Shown piece after piece: positions 15,879 through 24,147 of a stretch of 25,049 bases of DNA. Every line of letters begins with the position of its first letter. The stretch's first letter is position 1. Below the pieces are notes generated by a model, which made no database searches, had not been told where the DNA came from, and worked only from the letters and a program-made list of their open reading frames with translations. The stretch spans positions 1 to 25,049 of IMG/VR virus record IMGVR_UViG_3300025110_000119, one strand, 5' to 3'. Position numbers and translations under genes: made by a program. The stretch comes from a virus (Duplodnaviria > Caudoviricetes).

Positions 15879-16263
15879 AATGAATCGCTCCTGATAAACA
15901 CCATAGATCAAATAGATCGTTATTCAGAGGTGTAACCCATTCCTTAATTCTGTCTGCTTTTTCCGAGCAATAAAAAGTTTGCTCTTTATACCAGACCAAC
16001 CAATCACGTTGAGAACCTTTTGCTGAATTACATGGTAGACATGCTGGCACAAGATTAGTGCGTAGACTGCTACCACCAAAAGCTTTCGGTTTTAAATGAT
16101 CAATCGTTAAGTGAATTTTAGCCCCTTTACTATCTACCCCGTTTCCGCAATAAGCACAACAGCCCCATTCGTCTTTGATTGACTGTCTAAAACGTCTCAA
16201 AGCAGCACCTTTGGAGATCTCTACCAACCCGAAACGGTAGCTCTCCCAACGATCTGGTATCAA
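15730..16263 (-). CDS. HNH endonuclease (McrA-like)
   Basis: CAYCG, LTIDHLKPKAFGG and NLVPACLPCNSAKG are intact. Confidence 0.92.
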   Translation of the reverse strand: MIPDRWESYRFGLVEISKGAALRRFRQSIKDEWGCCAYCGNGVDSKGAKIHLTIDHLKPKAFGGSSLRTNLVPACLPCNSAKGSQRDWLVWYKEQTFYCSEKADRIKEWVTPLNNDLFDLWCLSGAIHYEPRSNDGASIPASKDCNRDQGLLEGRLDRSITRLLGGEIHTEASLSYG

Positions 16264-16363
16264 GGAAAATATTCAGTTGATTCAACAATAACTAGTTTTA
16301 TACGTCTACTAATCGAGTTTAGATTTTAAAACACCTACAATTAAAAGTATCGCTCTAAATAGC

Positions 16364-16594
16364 ATGAAGGTTTTAAAGATCGTTGCTATCACTAGTATCG
16401 CCTTTAATATCTCAATTATTGGTGGAACTATTGGTGCATACTTTTACGTCAAGACACCAGCCGTTCAAGAAAAAATAAAGAAAGCATTAATCAAAAACTT
16501 AACGCCAAATATCGAAAGTCAAATTGGCAAAGCAATGCCAGTAATACCTGAGATTCCTGACTTTACTGGAGGGGTATCACCGCTTAAGTTCTAG
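16364..16594 (+). CDS. small membrane protein
   Basis: N-terminal TM helix, Pro-rich tail; TACAAT at 16336-16341. Confidence 0.8.
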   Translation: MKVLKIVAITSIAFNISIIGGTIGAYFYVKTPAVQEKIKKALIKNLTPNIESQIGKAMPVIPEIPDFTGGVSPLKF

Positions 16595-16596
16595 TC

Positions 16597-17382
16597 GTGT
16601 CTGAGATACGAGAGATAAAGCTTAGAGAAATTGACGTTCCTGAAATACCTAACTGGGCAATAAATGTACCGGAGAGCATTCCTGTCTTTTCGCCAATTAC
16701 TCAGCAGATTATTACAGGACAAATAGGTTTTCCTGTTATGGACGTTCCAGGCTGCGTAGAAGCCAGAGAGACGGCCAATAACGACAACCTAGTAATAGAT
16801 GCAGAGAATACAAATCTTTTAGTCTGTGATCCCGGTCAACAGCCATCGTTTAGTGCGATGAACTACAACCCTGACAGCACACCGCCAATCGGTAAGAACG
16901 TGATGCTGCCGCCCCCTCTAGATCAACCAAAGTCAGAGAGTAATCCAACTAATAGCAATACTTCTACCGGCGCTCCTGATCCATCTGGAGGACCACAATT
17001 ACCAGCACCTAGAACCCCCGAGCCATGTCCCCGCCCAGACGATCCTCCAGTAGGAAGTAAGGGGAAGTTTGGTACCGCTCGCGTTGAGTCCTATTACCGA
17101 GATGCTTCGGGAGAATGCAAAATAAAATGGACAGCAGAGAAGCCGCAGGACGTTGCTTTTACATATTTACCCCCACCGCCCGTCGCATTAACAACAGCAG
17201 CAATTGCAGCCACAGCAGTAACCAGTTCTGTGTTGATTAAGCCCCTATCGGATGCCTTGCTAAAGATCGTGAAACCCCTCACTAAAAAAGTAGTTAAAAA
17301 AGTGCTTAGTCGTCTAGGGAAGAAGCCCAAGGTGCTTTCCGTTCGTGAACGCCGATTAGAGCAGAAGGCTCTGAAGAAGTAG
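16597..17382 (+). CDS. Pro/Cys-rich membrane-anchored cyanophage-type protein
   Basis: PGCVEA, two Cys pairs, hydrophobic ALTTAAIAATAV segment and basic tail KPLTKKVVKK. Confidence 0.85.
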   Translation: MSEIREIKLREIDVPEIPNWAINVPESIPVFSPITQQIITGQIGFPVMDVPGCVEARETANNDNLVIDAENTNLLVCDPGQQPSFSAMNYNPDSTPPIGKNVMLPPPLDQPKSESNPTNSNTSTGAPDPSGGPQLPAPRTPEPCPRPDDPPVGSKGKFGTARVESYYRDASGECKIKWTAEKPQDVAFTYLPPPPVALTTAAIAATAVTSSVLIKPLSDALLKIVKPLTKKVVKKVLSRLGKKPKVLSVRERRLEQKALKK

Positions 17383-18268
17383 ATGCGTGTTGTTGTATCT
17401 CTGTATCTGGTTTGCTTGATTGGATTTGCTCTTGTCCTGTTATGGCTTCTCCTTTTTTGACATTGATTTTATGTGAATGATCTGGAACCGATGAAGGATA
17501 ATTAGCAACCTCAATATCCGAGCATACGGCAAAATATTGGGAATCTCTAGAATGAGATATCCCGCTCTGTTTCAGAGTTCCGCAGTGTTTGAGTCTTGAG
17601 ATTTCGTAGTCCAGTACCTTTAGATTCAGCTCTGCTTTACGAAGCGCAATCTCTGTACTGGCTGCTTCTTTGCACAGTCCTTGTAGCTTTGAATCTAAGG
17701 GCTTAGACCATTGAATTGTTAGACCATAGTTAAGTCCGTGATTATCTTTCTGCTGGGTTAATACATTTTTCTCGAATAAAATATTACCCGGATTATCTGG
17801 AGCACCGTCACCATCGATATCTCTCATGTCGTAGACAGGCTCTTTATACGATGTGACGTATGGTCTTTTAATGTTATGGCTTAGTCCTACATAGGGTGAC
17901 AATGTCATCGTTTCTGCTTGGCATACAACCCCGTTTTGACCAAACGTCGAGTTAATGAAATTTCCAGTCAACACTTGATATGCGTTCACAGTCGCTGACC
18001 CTGAACTGTTCGCGACAGGATTGGAAGTAGCAGACACGCCGCCTACATCTGCCAACGCATTTACAGGTAATAGGAATATACTGAGAAGCCCTGCGGCTAC
18101 TGACTGAATACGCTGCTTGAAACTATCGTGGTTTCTATTTCTTGTGACCTCGTGATGGTTGTGCGGTTCCGAAGTCCTGGTCCTTGATATGAACTCGTGT
18201 AAGTAAAGGTTCCGCCCGGTGTTGTTAGTGACCAATTTGGTGCCGTATCTAGATCTAAGCCTGTCCAT
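17306..18268 (-). CDS. secreted cyanophage-type protein; true start uncertain
   Basis: Signal-peptide-like KQRIQSVAAGLLSIFLLPVNALA near 18120-18050, then ATSNPVANSSGS, a DIDGDGAPD Ca-binding-like loop and four Cys. Confidence 0.8.
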   Translation of the reverse strand: MDRLRSRYGTKLVTNNTGRNLYLHEFISRTRTSEPHNHHEVTRNRNHDSFKQRIQSVAAGLLSIFLLPVNALADVGGVSATSNPVANSSGSATVNAYQVLTGNFINSTFGQNGVVCQAETMTLSPYVGLSHNIKRPYVTSYKEPVYDMRDIDGDGAPDNPGNILFEKNVLTQQKDNHGLNYGLTIQWSKPLDSKLQGLCKEAASTEIALRKAELNLKVLDYEISRLKHCGTLKQSGISHSRDSQYFAVCSDIEVANYPSSVPDHSHKINVKKGEAITGQEQIQSSKPDTEIQQHASTSSEPSALIGVHERKAPWASSLDD

Positions 18269-18537
18269 GTGGACGTACCACCTGAAGTCGTCGTATGACT
18301 AATTGTAGTTAAACCCGTGGGATTAATGTGACCAGTACTTGGCTTAATACCTGTCCCTGAAACAGAGTGAACAAATCCAGAATTATAATCTTCTGAAACG
18401 ATCACCTCCGATATCACTTGGCGTTGAGTGGTCGTGCTATCTAATTTTCCAGATGTATAATTTGGGACCACAGGCACACTATGACTAGGATCTGCCCAGC
18501 TAAGCAATAGAAATATTAAACCAACTAAACGTCTCAC
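18097..18537 (-). CDS. secreted Ser/Thr-rich beta protein
   Basis: Signal peptide, then VPVVPNYTSG and YQGPGL motifs. Confidence 0.85.
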   Translation of the reverse strand: MRRLVGLIFLLLSWADPSHSVPVVPNYTSGKLDSTTTQRQVISEVIVSEDYNSGFVHSVSGTGIKPSTGHINPTGLTTISHTTTSGGTSTWTGLDLDTAPNWSLTTPGGTFTYTSSYQGPGLRNRTTITRSQEIETTIVSSSVFSQ

Positions 18538-18538
18538 C

Positions 18539-19063
18539 CTAACGTATTGTCAGCTCTTGAACGTGTTGAGCAATCGCAGTAGTACCCGCTCCACCACCTA
18601 CGATCGCTGTTGTACCCCCACCTACGCTGGTCAAAGTTCCAGCCAACGTAGATTTAGTTCCACCAGCAAAAGTCGTAGTCTGACCATATGAAGGAATTGA
18701 CTGCACCTGCCCAGTCGTTGTGCTTACCGTTGACCCTGCATTCAAGGTAGCTATAGGGTCACCCTGCAAATATGAATTACTAAAACTGAAACTTTGTCCG
18801 GCGGTGTGTATTCCATAATTTCCCATAATTCCTGTCGGTGCAGCAGTTGCGGAACCAACAGTTAGTCCTGAGAAGGTATCGTTATTTCCTGAACCCACTG
18901 TAATATTACTTCCACTTACGGATATCGTTGACGGCACCCGTGTCGCAACTGAACTAGCCCCATCCACAGTTAATTGAATACTCGATTGAATCCGATGATG
19001 AACTTCGGAATTAGCCGGTCCACATATCGACAACAACCCAACTAAAACAGCGAACCGTTTCAT
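18539..19063 (-). CDS. secreted Gly/Ser/Thr-rich beta protein
   Basis: Signal peptide MKRFAVLVGLLSICGPANS; SSIQLTVD...GGGAGTTAIAQ. Confidence 0.85.
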   Translation of the reverse strand: MKRFAVLVGLLSICGPANSEVHHRIQSSIQLTVDGASSVATRVPSTISVSGSNITVGSGNNDTFSGLTVGSATAAPTGIMGNYGIHTAGQSFSFSNSYLQGDPIATLNAGSTVSTTTGQVQSIPSYGQTTTFAGGTKSTLAGTLTSVGGGTTAIVGGGAGTTAIAQHVQELTIR

Positions 19064-19118
19064 TACTTAAATACAACTCTCCCCTACACTTTAGAGAAAA
19101 ATATTTATCGAAAAATTT

Positions 19119-19328
19119 TTAGAGGTACGCTTTACTGATGTTAGTAGCAAATCCTACAACTGTGGTTCCAGCAGCAATAACAGCAGCAGCTCCAATTACC
19201 CACTTCTCTACGACCTTTAATCTCTCTCGAAGGTCTGCTTGCTTCTCCTCTAGACGCTCTATTTTTAGCTGCATCACTGTGATTTTGACCTCTTGTGAAG
19301 CATCAAGATTTAAACCAGAATCAGACAT
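19119..19328 (-). CDS. coiled-coil plus C-terminal TM protein (XhlA/holin-like architecture)
   Basis: KIERLEEKQADLRERLKVVEKW followed by a hydrophobic helix; function inferred from architecture only. Confidence 0.7.
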   Translation of the reverse strand: MSDSGLNLDASQEVKITVMQLKIERLEEKQADLRERLKVVEKWVIGAAAVIAAGTTVVGFATNISKAYL

Positions 19329-19800
19329 TATTTTCTTTAGTTGGCTTCTCTGATTTTACGAGTTCACCGCCAACGATGTGGATAGGTGTCTGCACACGAA
19401 TAACTTGTTCGTTACTGTTTTGCATGGCGAGGATTTTTAACAGTTTCTCTTCTGTTAAGCCTCCTCCACCGCCGTTATTCTTCTTCTGATTAGCAGCCTG
19501 AATGCCGAATCCAGCTAAAATCGAGCCCAGGAGCGAGGCCGGAAAAGTTGGATCAATATTTCCTTGCTCTGGGATTGGGATAATTGTCTGACCAAACGTC
19601 AACTTTTCAGGTAGACGAACGTAGGATAATGTCAACATGGTCATCGACCACCCAAGCACTAAGCATTTTATTGAGGCTGCCAAAAGATCATGCCATAGTG
19701 GCTCGTCTGCTTCTTCCTGTTTTCTCTTCTTAGCTTTAGCAGCTTCTGCCTTTTTCTTTTCTTTCTCAGATAGTTCCTTCTTTTCTTCGACTTCGGCCAT
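19321..19800 (-). CDS. two-TM membrane protein
   Basis: LVLGWSMTMLTLSYV and IDPTFPASLLGSILAGFGI hydrophobic segments. Confidence 0.85.
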   Translation of the reverse strand: MAEVEEKKELSEKEKKKAEAAKAKKRKQEEADEPLWHDLLAASIKCLVLGWSMTMLTLSYVRLPEKLTFGQTIIPIPEQGNIDPTFPASLLGSILAGFGIQAANQKKNNGGGGGLTEEKLLKILAMQNSNEQVIRVQTPIHIVGGELVKSEKPTKENNV

Positions 19801-19885
19801 TTTCAGTTTGCAAGATACTTATATATTAAGAAAGTTGCATTATGCAAGATAAAGCATACACTAGATAGACCAAGAGGTCGATTCA

Positions 19886-20122
19886 ATGGCAGAAGCTTGG
19901 ATAAGTAAAACGCAAGTATGCAAACATTTCGGAATTTCCGCGAAAACTCTAGAAAGGCGGTTTTACCCGATTGCATCCAAGGGAACTCATTACATCACGA
20001 AAGACCCTTTAAATGATGATTCTCAAAAGATCTGGAAATTATCAGAGGTTGAGCGTTTAGTTCGTCAATCGAGTGGCTCATTGCAAAGGCGCTTAGCTAA
20101 AAAGCAAGCGGCGGCAAGATGA
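19886..20122 (+). CDS. excisionase-like winged-HTH DNA-binding protein
   Basis: WISKTQVCKHFGISAKTLER HTH and GTHY..W wing; small, basic, about 1 kb from the integrase. Confidence 0.7.
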   Translation: MAEAWISKTQVCKHFGISAKTLERRFYPIASKGTHYITKDPLNDDSQKIWKLSEVERLVRQSSGSLQRRLAKKQAAAR

Positions 20123-20286
20123 CCAGCTCTAACTTCGAGGATCACAAGCCAAACAAAAAACGCAAGAGGCAATTCTCGAAATCTGGAATCCCGCTTCACC
20201 AATTAGATGACATTCAATACATGGAATTTGCAATGGAATTCCCAGACGAGATCGTAGACCCAGAGGATGACAATGGAACTGCATGA
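20119..20286 (+). CDS. small hypothetical protein, 55 aa; not in ORF track
   Basis: ATGA overlap with the previous stop; MTSSNFEDHKPNKKRKRQFSKSGIPLHQLDDIQYMEFAMEFPDEIVDPEDDNGTA*. Confidence 0.6.
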   Translation: MTSSNFEDHKPNKKRKRQFSKSGIPLHQLDDIQYMEFAMEFPDEIVDPEDDNGTA

Positions 20287-20512
20287 AGAATTTAGATTCT
20301 GGTCATTAATAAAAAAGGCCGAGAATATTAAAACCTTAATCAGAGATCAGCAGAATCCTTTGTTGAAGTTCCTCCTGAAGCTGTTTTACTACCGATCTTT
20401 TATGAATATTTGCCAAGCGATTCAAGATTGTTTCTGGTGTGGAGAGGAAGTAGCAGTATCCAAGCTTGATCAATTGCCCTCATTTATTCGCAGGGATTAT
20501 TTCTTTCATTAA
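20267..20512 (+). CDS. hypothetical protein
   Basis: 81-aa ORF in a co-directional overlapping run. Confidence 0.6.
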   Translation: MTMELHEEFRFWSLIKKAENIKTLIRDQQNPLLKFLLKLFYYRSFMNICQAIQDCFWCGEEVAVSKLDQLPSFIRRDYFFH

Positions 20513-20521
20513 TTATTTGCA

Positions 20522-20767
20522 ATGCCAAACCACGAAATTAAATTCATCATCAAAGATGGAATTGTCACAGAAGAAGTTCTTGGAGCGTCTGGACATATTT
20601 GCCAACGAATCACTCAACCAATCGAAGAGGCATTGGGAGAAGTCGTGAACCGAAAGCACAATGCTGCTTATTTCATCACTGATTCGAATCCGAATGAAGA
20701 GAGGATTCAATTACTAGAAGAGGAAGACTGGAGAGGTTGCTGCGGAACCTTTAATTGTGCTCTTTAA
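20522..20767 (+). CDS. DUF2997-family protein
   Basis: IKFIIKDGIVTEEVLGASGHICQRITQPIEEALG...YF pattern. Confidence 0.85.
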   Translation: MPNHEIKFIIKDGIVTEEVLGASGHICQRITQPIEEALGEVVNRKHNAAYFITDSNPNEERIQLLEEEDWRGCCGTFNCAL

Positions 20768-20949
20768 GGAAGCTGCAATTTCACTTCAACTGTTCTGGAT
20801 TCATGGTCAATTTCTCCATGAGAAAGTGATTCGATTTTGATACCTAATGTGTTCAACGCCTTGAGATAAGTTTTCACCTCTCCCTCGAATTTAATCACAT
20901 CTAGTTGTTCGTACATCTCATTTACCACGAGATCTTGCATTTGCCGCAT
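20764..20949 (-). CDS. hypothetical protein
   Basis: 61-aa ATG ORF converging on DUF2997 with overlapping stops. Confidence 0.6.
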   Translation of the reverse strand: MRQMQDLVVNEMYEQLDVIKFEGEVKTYLKALNTLGIKIESLSHGEIDHESRTVEVKLQLP

Positions 20950-21013
20950 TGGTTTGCTTTTCGTAATGCTTTGAGCAGATTAGCGTCAGTTCGTGACAAT
21001 ATGAGCATTTTTA

Positions 21014-21029
21014 ACACCATCTATGGTGT
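21014..21029. promoter_or_regulatory. perfect palindrome ACACCAT-CT-ATGGTGT, putative operator
   Basis: Intergenic, 25 nt past the integrase stop; near-identical copy at 4103-4123. Confidence 0.5.
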
Positions 21030-21054
21030 ATACCCTGAATTTGAGTAAATATAC

Positions 21055-22392
21055 TTAGGCTGCATACGGGTGTTGATGGTTTCTGATCATCGCCTTTTTC
21101 TCATCTTCTTTATCTAGCCAAAGCAGATATTCTTGCTTGTGAACAGCTAAGCCATGCCCCATCGCTTCAGCGCATTCTTCGATTGTCTTCAATCTCTTAA
21201 AGGCTGGATCAGTATGCATAAAGACTGCCCATGTATGTCGAAGGTCGTATGGTCGAACCTCTATTTTCTTCCTTGACCTTTTGACTGGAGATTTAACTAG
21301 TAGTGGAGGCATTGAGCGTTCTGCTCTCCCTTTCTTTCCGTAAGAGGTAGGTCCAGTTTTTCCAAATCTTCCTTTCAGTGTTCCGTATCTAATGTTTTGA
21401 TGTTTTATTCCTAAAGTGTTGCGAGTTAAATATTCCCCTAGCTCGTCGTTGTTATCCCCTATCCCATCAAAATAAATATCCTCATCATCAATCGAATAAG
21501 TTCGAGTGAGTGGATTTGCAATGCTTTTGATACGTGGCTTTCTTTTCCAGCGTAAATAAAACTGATGCTCATCAAAATTTTTAAATAATCCATATCTCTC
21601 ATCCCACTCAGCAAATGCAGGCCAGACTATTCGATCTACGTTTGACTTAGTAAGTCGCCTCGGTACCTCAATAAAAAGATTTCCCAGCTTTTTGATGTAC
21701 CACAGTTCATGATTTCTAAGGCCGTAACACATCATCATTGCAATAGCCCAGCACTGCCATGGAAACTCTTTGTAGTGCTTGTCTAAATATTTTTCTGCTT
21801 CCTCTCTCGAAACGATTCCTCGAACTTGTCTCAAATCTTGCTTATCTAAATTCCTAGTCAATTCTTTACGTTGTTCTGCATGAAGATCTCGAATTGCTCG
21901 ATACTGTTCATCTGTAAACCAAGCAGGATTTCCATAGAACTTTTGAAGTTGTCTAATAAATTCCAATCGGGTCTGGAAAGGTTTTGTTCCACATTGTTTT
22001 TCTTTTAACCATTCTTTAATTGCTTTATGAGATTGTTTGATTTGTTTTTCTTTTAATTGTTTTAATAAAGAAAAATAATTTTTATTCGTAGATCCTTTAT
22101 TTCTCTTTTGTAAAAATCCTTTAATTGCTGCTTCGTCTTTTTGCCAAATATTAAGTTCTTCTTCTTGAATATCATCATCACTCCAAACACCTTGATCAAT
22201 AATTTTGATTTTGTTGCAAACCCATTCACAATCTTGATCGCTATCTATCCTTCTTGGTTTGAGCGAAATTCTTGTGTTTCGATTTCTATTATCTCTCACA
22301 TAAATATATTTACTGTCTCCACGAGTAAGCATGCTCCAGCGGTAATTGCATTCCTCTAAAAAAGCAATGTACTTTTTGATGGGTAAATTCAT
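21055..22392 (-). CDS. int: tyrosine integrase
   Basis: YGLRNHE, TKS, YDLRHTWA and MGHGLAVHKQEY give the R-K-(H/Y)xxR-H-Y catalytic set; adjacent to a tRNA fragment. Confidence 0.95.
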   Translation of the reverse strand: MNLPIKKYIAFLEECNYRWSMLTRGDSKYIYVRDNRNRNTRISLKPRRIDSDQDCEWVCNKIKIIDQGVWSDDDIQEEELNIWQKDEAAIKGFLQKRNKGSTNKNYFSLLKQLKEKQIKQSHKAIKEWLKEKQCGTKPFQTRLEFIRQLQKFYGNPAWFTDEQYRAIRDLHAEQRKELTRNLDKQDLRQVRGIVSREEAEKYLDKHYKEFPWQCWAIAMMMCYGLRNHELWYIKKLGNLFIEVPRRLTKSNVDRIVWPAFAEWDERYGLFKNFDEHQFYLRWKRKPRIKSIANPLTRTYSIDDEDIYFDGIGDNNDELGEYLTRNTLGIKHQNIRYGTLKGRFGKTGPTSYGKKGRAERSMPPLLVKSPVKRSRKKIEVRPYDLRHTWAVFMHTDPAFKRLKTIEECAEAMGHGLAVHKQEYLLWLDKEDEKKAMIRNHQHPYAA

Positions 22393-22575
22393 ATCACGCG
22401 GCCCAGTTTTAGAGAATGAGCCCTACGGACTGGGCCAAAATCTGGGCAATTAGTGGGCCAACGGCCCAGTTTCTTGCAAAAAGTGGGCCAAAAAAGTCCC
22501 ATCAAGTACGACCTGAACTCATGAAGGCTTTGATCCATTTACATAAAATATTCCTTCAGATCCCTTTATAGCACT

Positions 22576-22602
22576 AAAAAAAGCCCAGCGCTAACTGGGC
22601 TT
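22576..22602 (-). terminator. intrinsic terminator behind the tRNA fragment
   Basis: Minus strand AAGCCCAG-ttagcg-CTGGGCTT then TTTTT, starting 6 nt after the CCA end. Confidence 0.85.
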
Positions 22603-22608
22603 AATATT

Positions 22609-22656
22609 TGGTGGCGGGGGGAAGATTTGAACTTCCGACCTTCGGGTTATGAGCCC
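22609..22656 (-). other. 3' 48 nt of initiator tRNA-Met (CAT); attP core, not a complete tRNA
   Basis: GGGCTCATAACCCGAAGGTCGGAAGTTCAAATCTTCCCCCCGCCACCA: GGG/CCC anticodon stem, T arm and CCA present; D arm and 5' acceptor strand absent. Confidence 0.92.
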
Positions 22657-22776
22657 TATGGTTGCGGGGCAAGAACCCAGTCCACCACTCGCTACGAAAA
22701 ACGACTGGGCCGTAAAAGTGGGCCAAACTGAGACTGTAACAATTCATCGGATGCATAGTCCGAAGTTTAACTTATT

Positions 22777-22944
22777 TCAGGTTGGATACCAAGCAGGCTG
22801 AAGCATACCTCTATCGTCATCATCGTCATCATCGTTCCGAGTGTCATAGCCCAGAATAAATGTCACTAATGCCACGCAAATTAGGGGCAAAAACGGGAAG
22901 ATTATGGCTAATTGAAAAGCCTCTGGATCGCTGAAAAAGTTCAT
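22777..22944 (-). CDS. small membrane protein with poly-Asp tail, 55 aa; not in ORF track
   Basis: MNFFSDPEAFQLAIIFPFLPLICVALVTFILGYDTRNDDDDDDDRGMLQPAWYPT*. Confidence 0.75.
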   Translation of the reverse strand: MNFFSDPEAFQLAIIFPFLPLICVALVTFILGYDTRNDDDDDDDRGMLQPAWYPT

Positions 22945-22948
22945 TTAG

Positions 22949-23081
22949 TTAATTGTTTGGATTGGATTTTCTTTTGAGCTTTTAGTTCTTTCTTTAATAA
23001 TTTCTTAGCTTCTTTTCTGGATGTACAAGCTTGAGCCTTCAGACTAAGTTTAATTAATTTGCGTAATTGTTTTTCGATAAT
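22949..23081 (-). pseudogene. small basic ORF lacking a canonical start codon
   Basis: IIEKQLRKLIKLSLKAQACTSRKEAKKIIKERTKSS...*; only ATT/ATC after the upstream in-frame TAG. Confidence 0.4.
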
Positions 23082-23083
23082 TG

Positions 23084-23833
23084 TTAACTAACAGCTTGTG
23101 CTAATAATTCAGCAGCAGCTAATTTAGCTGCCTCGTCTTCATCAATTGGAGCTGGCATTCGCTCTGCTTGATTAGCAGCAATCACATCATCTAAAAGAAC
23201 ACCAGCACTTGTACCTGTGATTAAAGGTATTAACAATTTGCCCAATCTCATTGCCATTTTATTACCACCAACTGACCTAGGAATCGGTGTTGATTCAATC
23301 TGTTGAATAGCTCTTTTGACGCTTGGTATATCAGCAGGTCGGTTGAATTCTTCTTGTTTTAATGTATTAACTATGCCTTTTGGATTATTTATCGAAAGAT
23401 TTTTTAAATAATTTTCTACAGTTCCGTCATAAAGTATTTTTTCATAAGGAATGCCTGCCTGTAGTGCATCTTTTTTTAGGTATTCAATTTGATCACGAAT
23501 ATAGTTGCTTTCTATCTGTTGAGTATTTGATTGTACTGGCAGCTCTCTTTGTAATGGCCTGTTTGATAATGAAGTCGATCTGTACTCAGGTACATACAAA
23601 CCCAGAGCCTTCATCTGATCTATTGATAAATTCTTTGGATCGTTTGTTCTTCTTAAAGAATCTAATAATTCCGCTGTATTAATTTCATTTAGTGAAAGTT
23701 GTCTGGGTTGTTTTTGTTCTTCAATACTTCTTGCGGTTTCTCTGAATTGTTCTAGAAATTTTGCTGCCTGAGCAGCTCTTAGTGCTTCACTTCTTGGATT
23801 TCTTCTTTCAAACTCTTCTTGACTCCAAGCCAC
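23084..23833 (-). CDS. hypothetical protein
   Basis: 249-aa ORF with a hydrophobic segment near the C-terminus; coupled to the upstream gene. Confidence 0.85.
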   Translation of the reverse strand: MAWSQEEFERRNPRSEALRAAQAAKFLEQFRETARSIEEQKQPRQLSLNEINTAELLDSLRRTNDPKNLSIDQMKALGLYVPEYRSTSLSNRPLQRELPVQSNTQQIESNYIRDQIEYLKKDALQAGIPYEKILYDGTVENYLKNLSINNPKGIVNTLKQEEFNRPADIPSVKRAIQQIESTPIPRSVGGNKMAMRLGKLLIPLITGTSAGVLLDDVIAANQAERMPAPIDEDEAAKLAAAELLAQAVS

Positions 23834-24147
23834 TAGACAAGACCTCCAGTTAATGGAATTTCCGCTTTCAATTTTTCTTCGTTACGTCTGAGTATTTCTC
23901 TGATATCCATTAGGTCTAATTCTGATGGTTTCGTAAAGCCACCTTGTCTAATGGTGCTTTTATCAAAGACCTTATTTTTAATACCACCTGTCTCAGCCTG
24001 CTGAAAAGGATCACCTATGTCAAAACACTTAGGAGGATTTGATTGCAGACAAATTTGATTCCGCTCTTGCATTGGTTCAGATTGTCCAAAGTCGGGACCA
24101 ATTCCCAGTAATGGTCCAATTTCTGATCTACTTCCAGCAAATAACAT
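23833..24147 (-). CDS. hypothetical protein
   Basis: 104-aa ORF with 1-nt stop/start overlaps on both sides. Confidence 0.75.
   Translation of the reverse strand: MLFAGSRSEIGPLLGIGPDFGQSEPMQERNQICLQSNPPKCFDIGDPFQQAETGGIKNKVFDKSTIRQGGFTKPSELDLMDIREILRRNEEKLKAEIPLTGGLV

Larger units (their letters stand above)
22400..22724. repeat. attP region with arm-type TGGGCC repeats on both sides of the core
   Basis: TGGGCC on + at 22431, 22454, 22484, 22706 and 22719; on - at 22400 and 22463; degenerate TGGGCA at 22443. Confidence 0.8.

Noticed and set aside
22609-22690. Full-length tRNA-Met gene
   Set aside because: Similarity stops at 22656; no D arm or 5' acceptor strand.
22400-22724. CRISPR or mini-array
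   Set aside because: Repeats are 6-10 bp, in mixed orientation and irregularly spaced; consistent with integrase arm sites.
22813-22833. ATC/GTC microsatellite-like repeat
   Set aside because: Explained by seven Asp codons of the small membrane protein.
724-23682. Other nested or antisense track ORFs (724, 1659, 2931, 4788, 4795, 5125, 5252, 7978, 8783, 9554, 9564, 10614, 13538, 14127, 14188, 14205, 15096, 15577, 17094, 19138, 19295, 19637, 20466, 20513, 22141, 23380)
   Set aside because: All lie within better-supported genes and show no recognisable motif.
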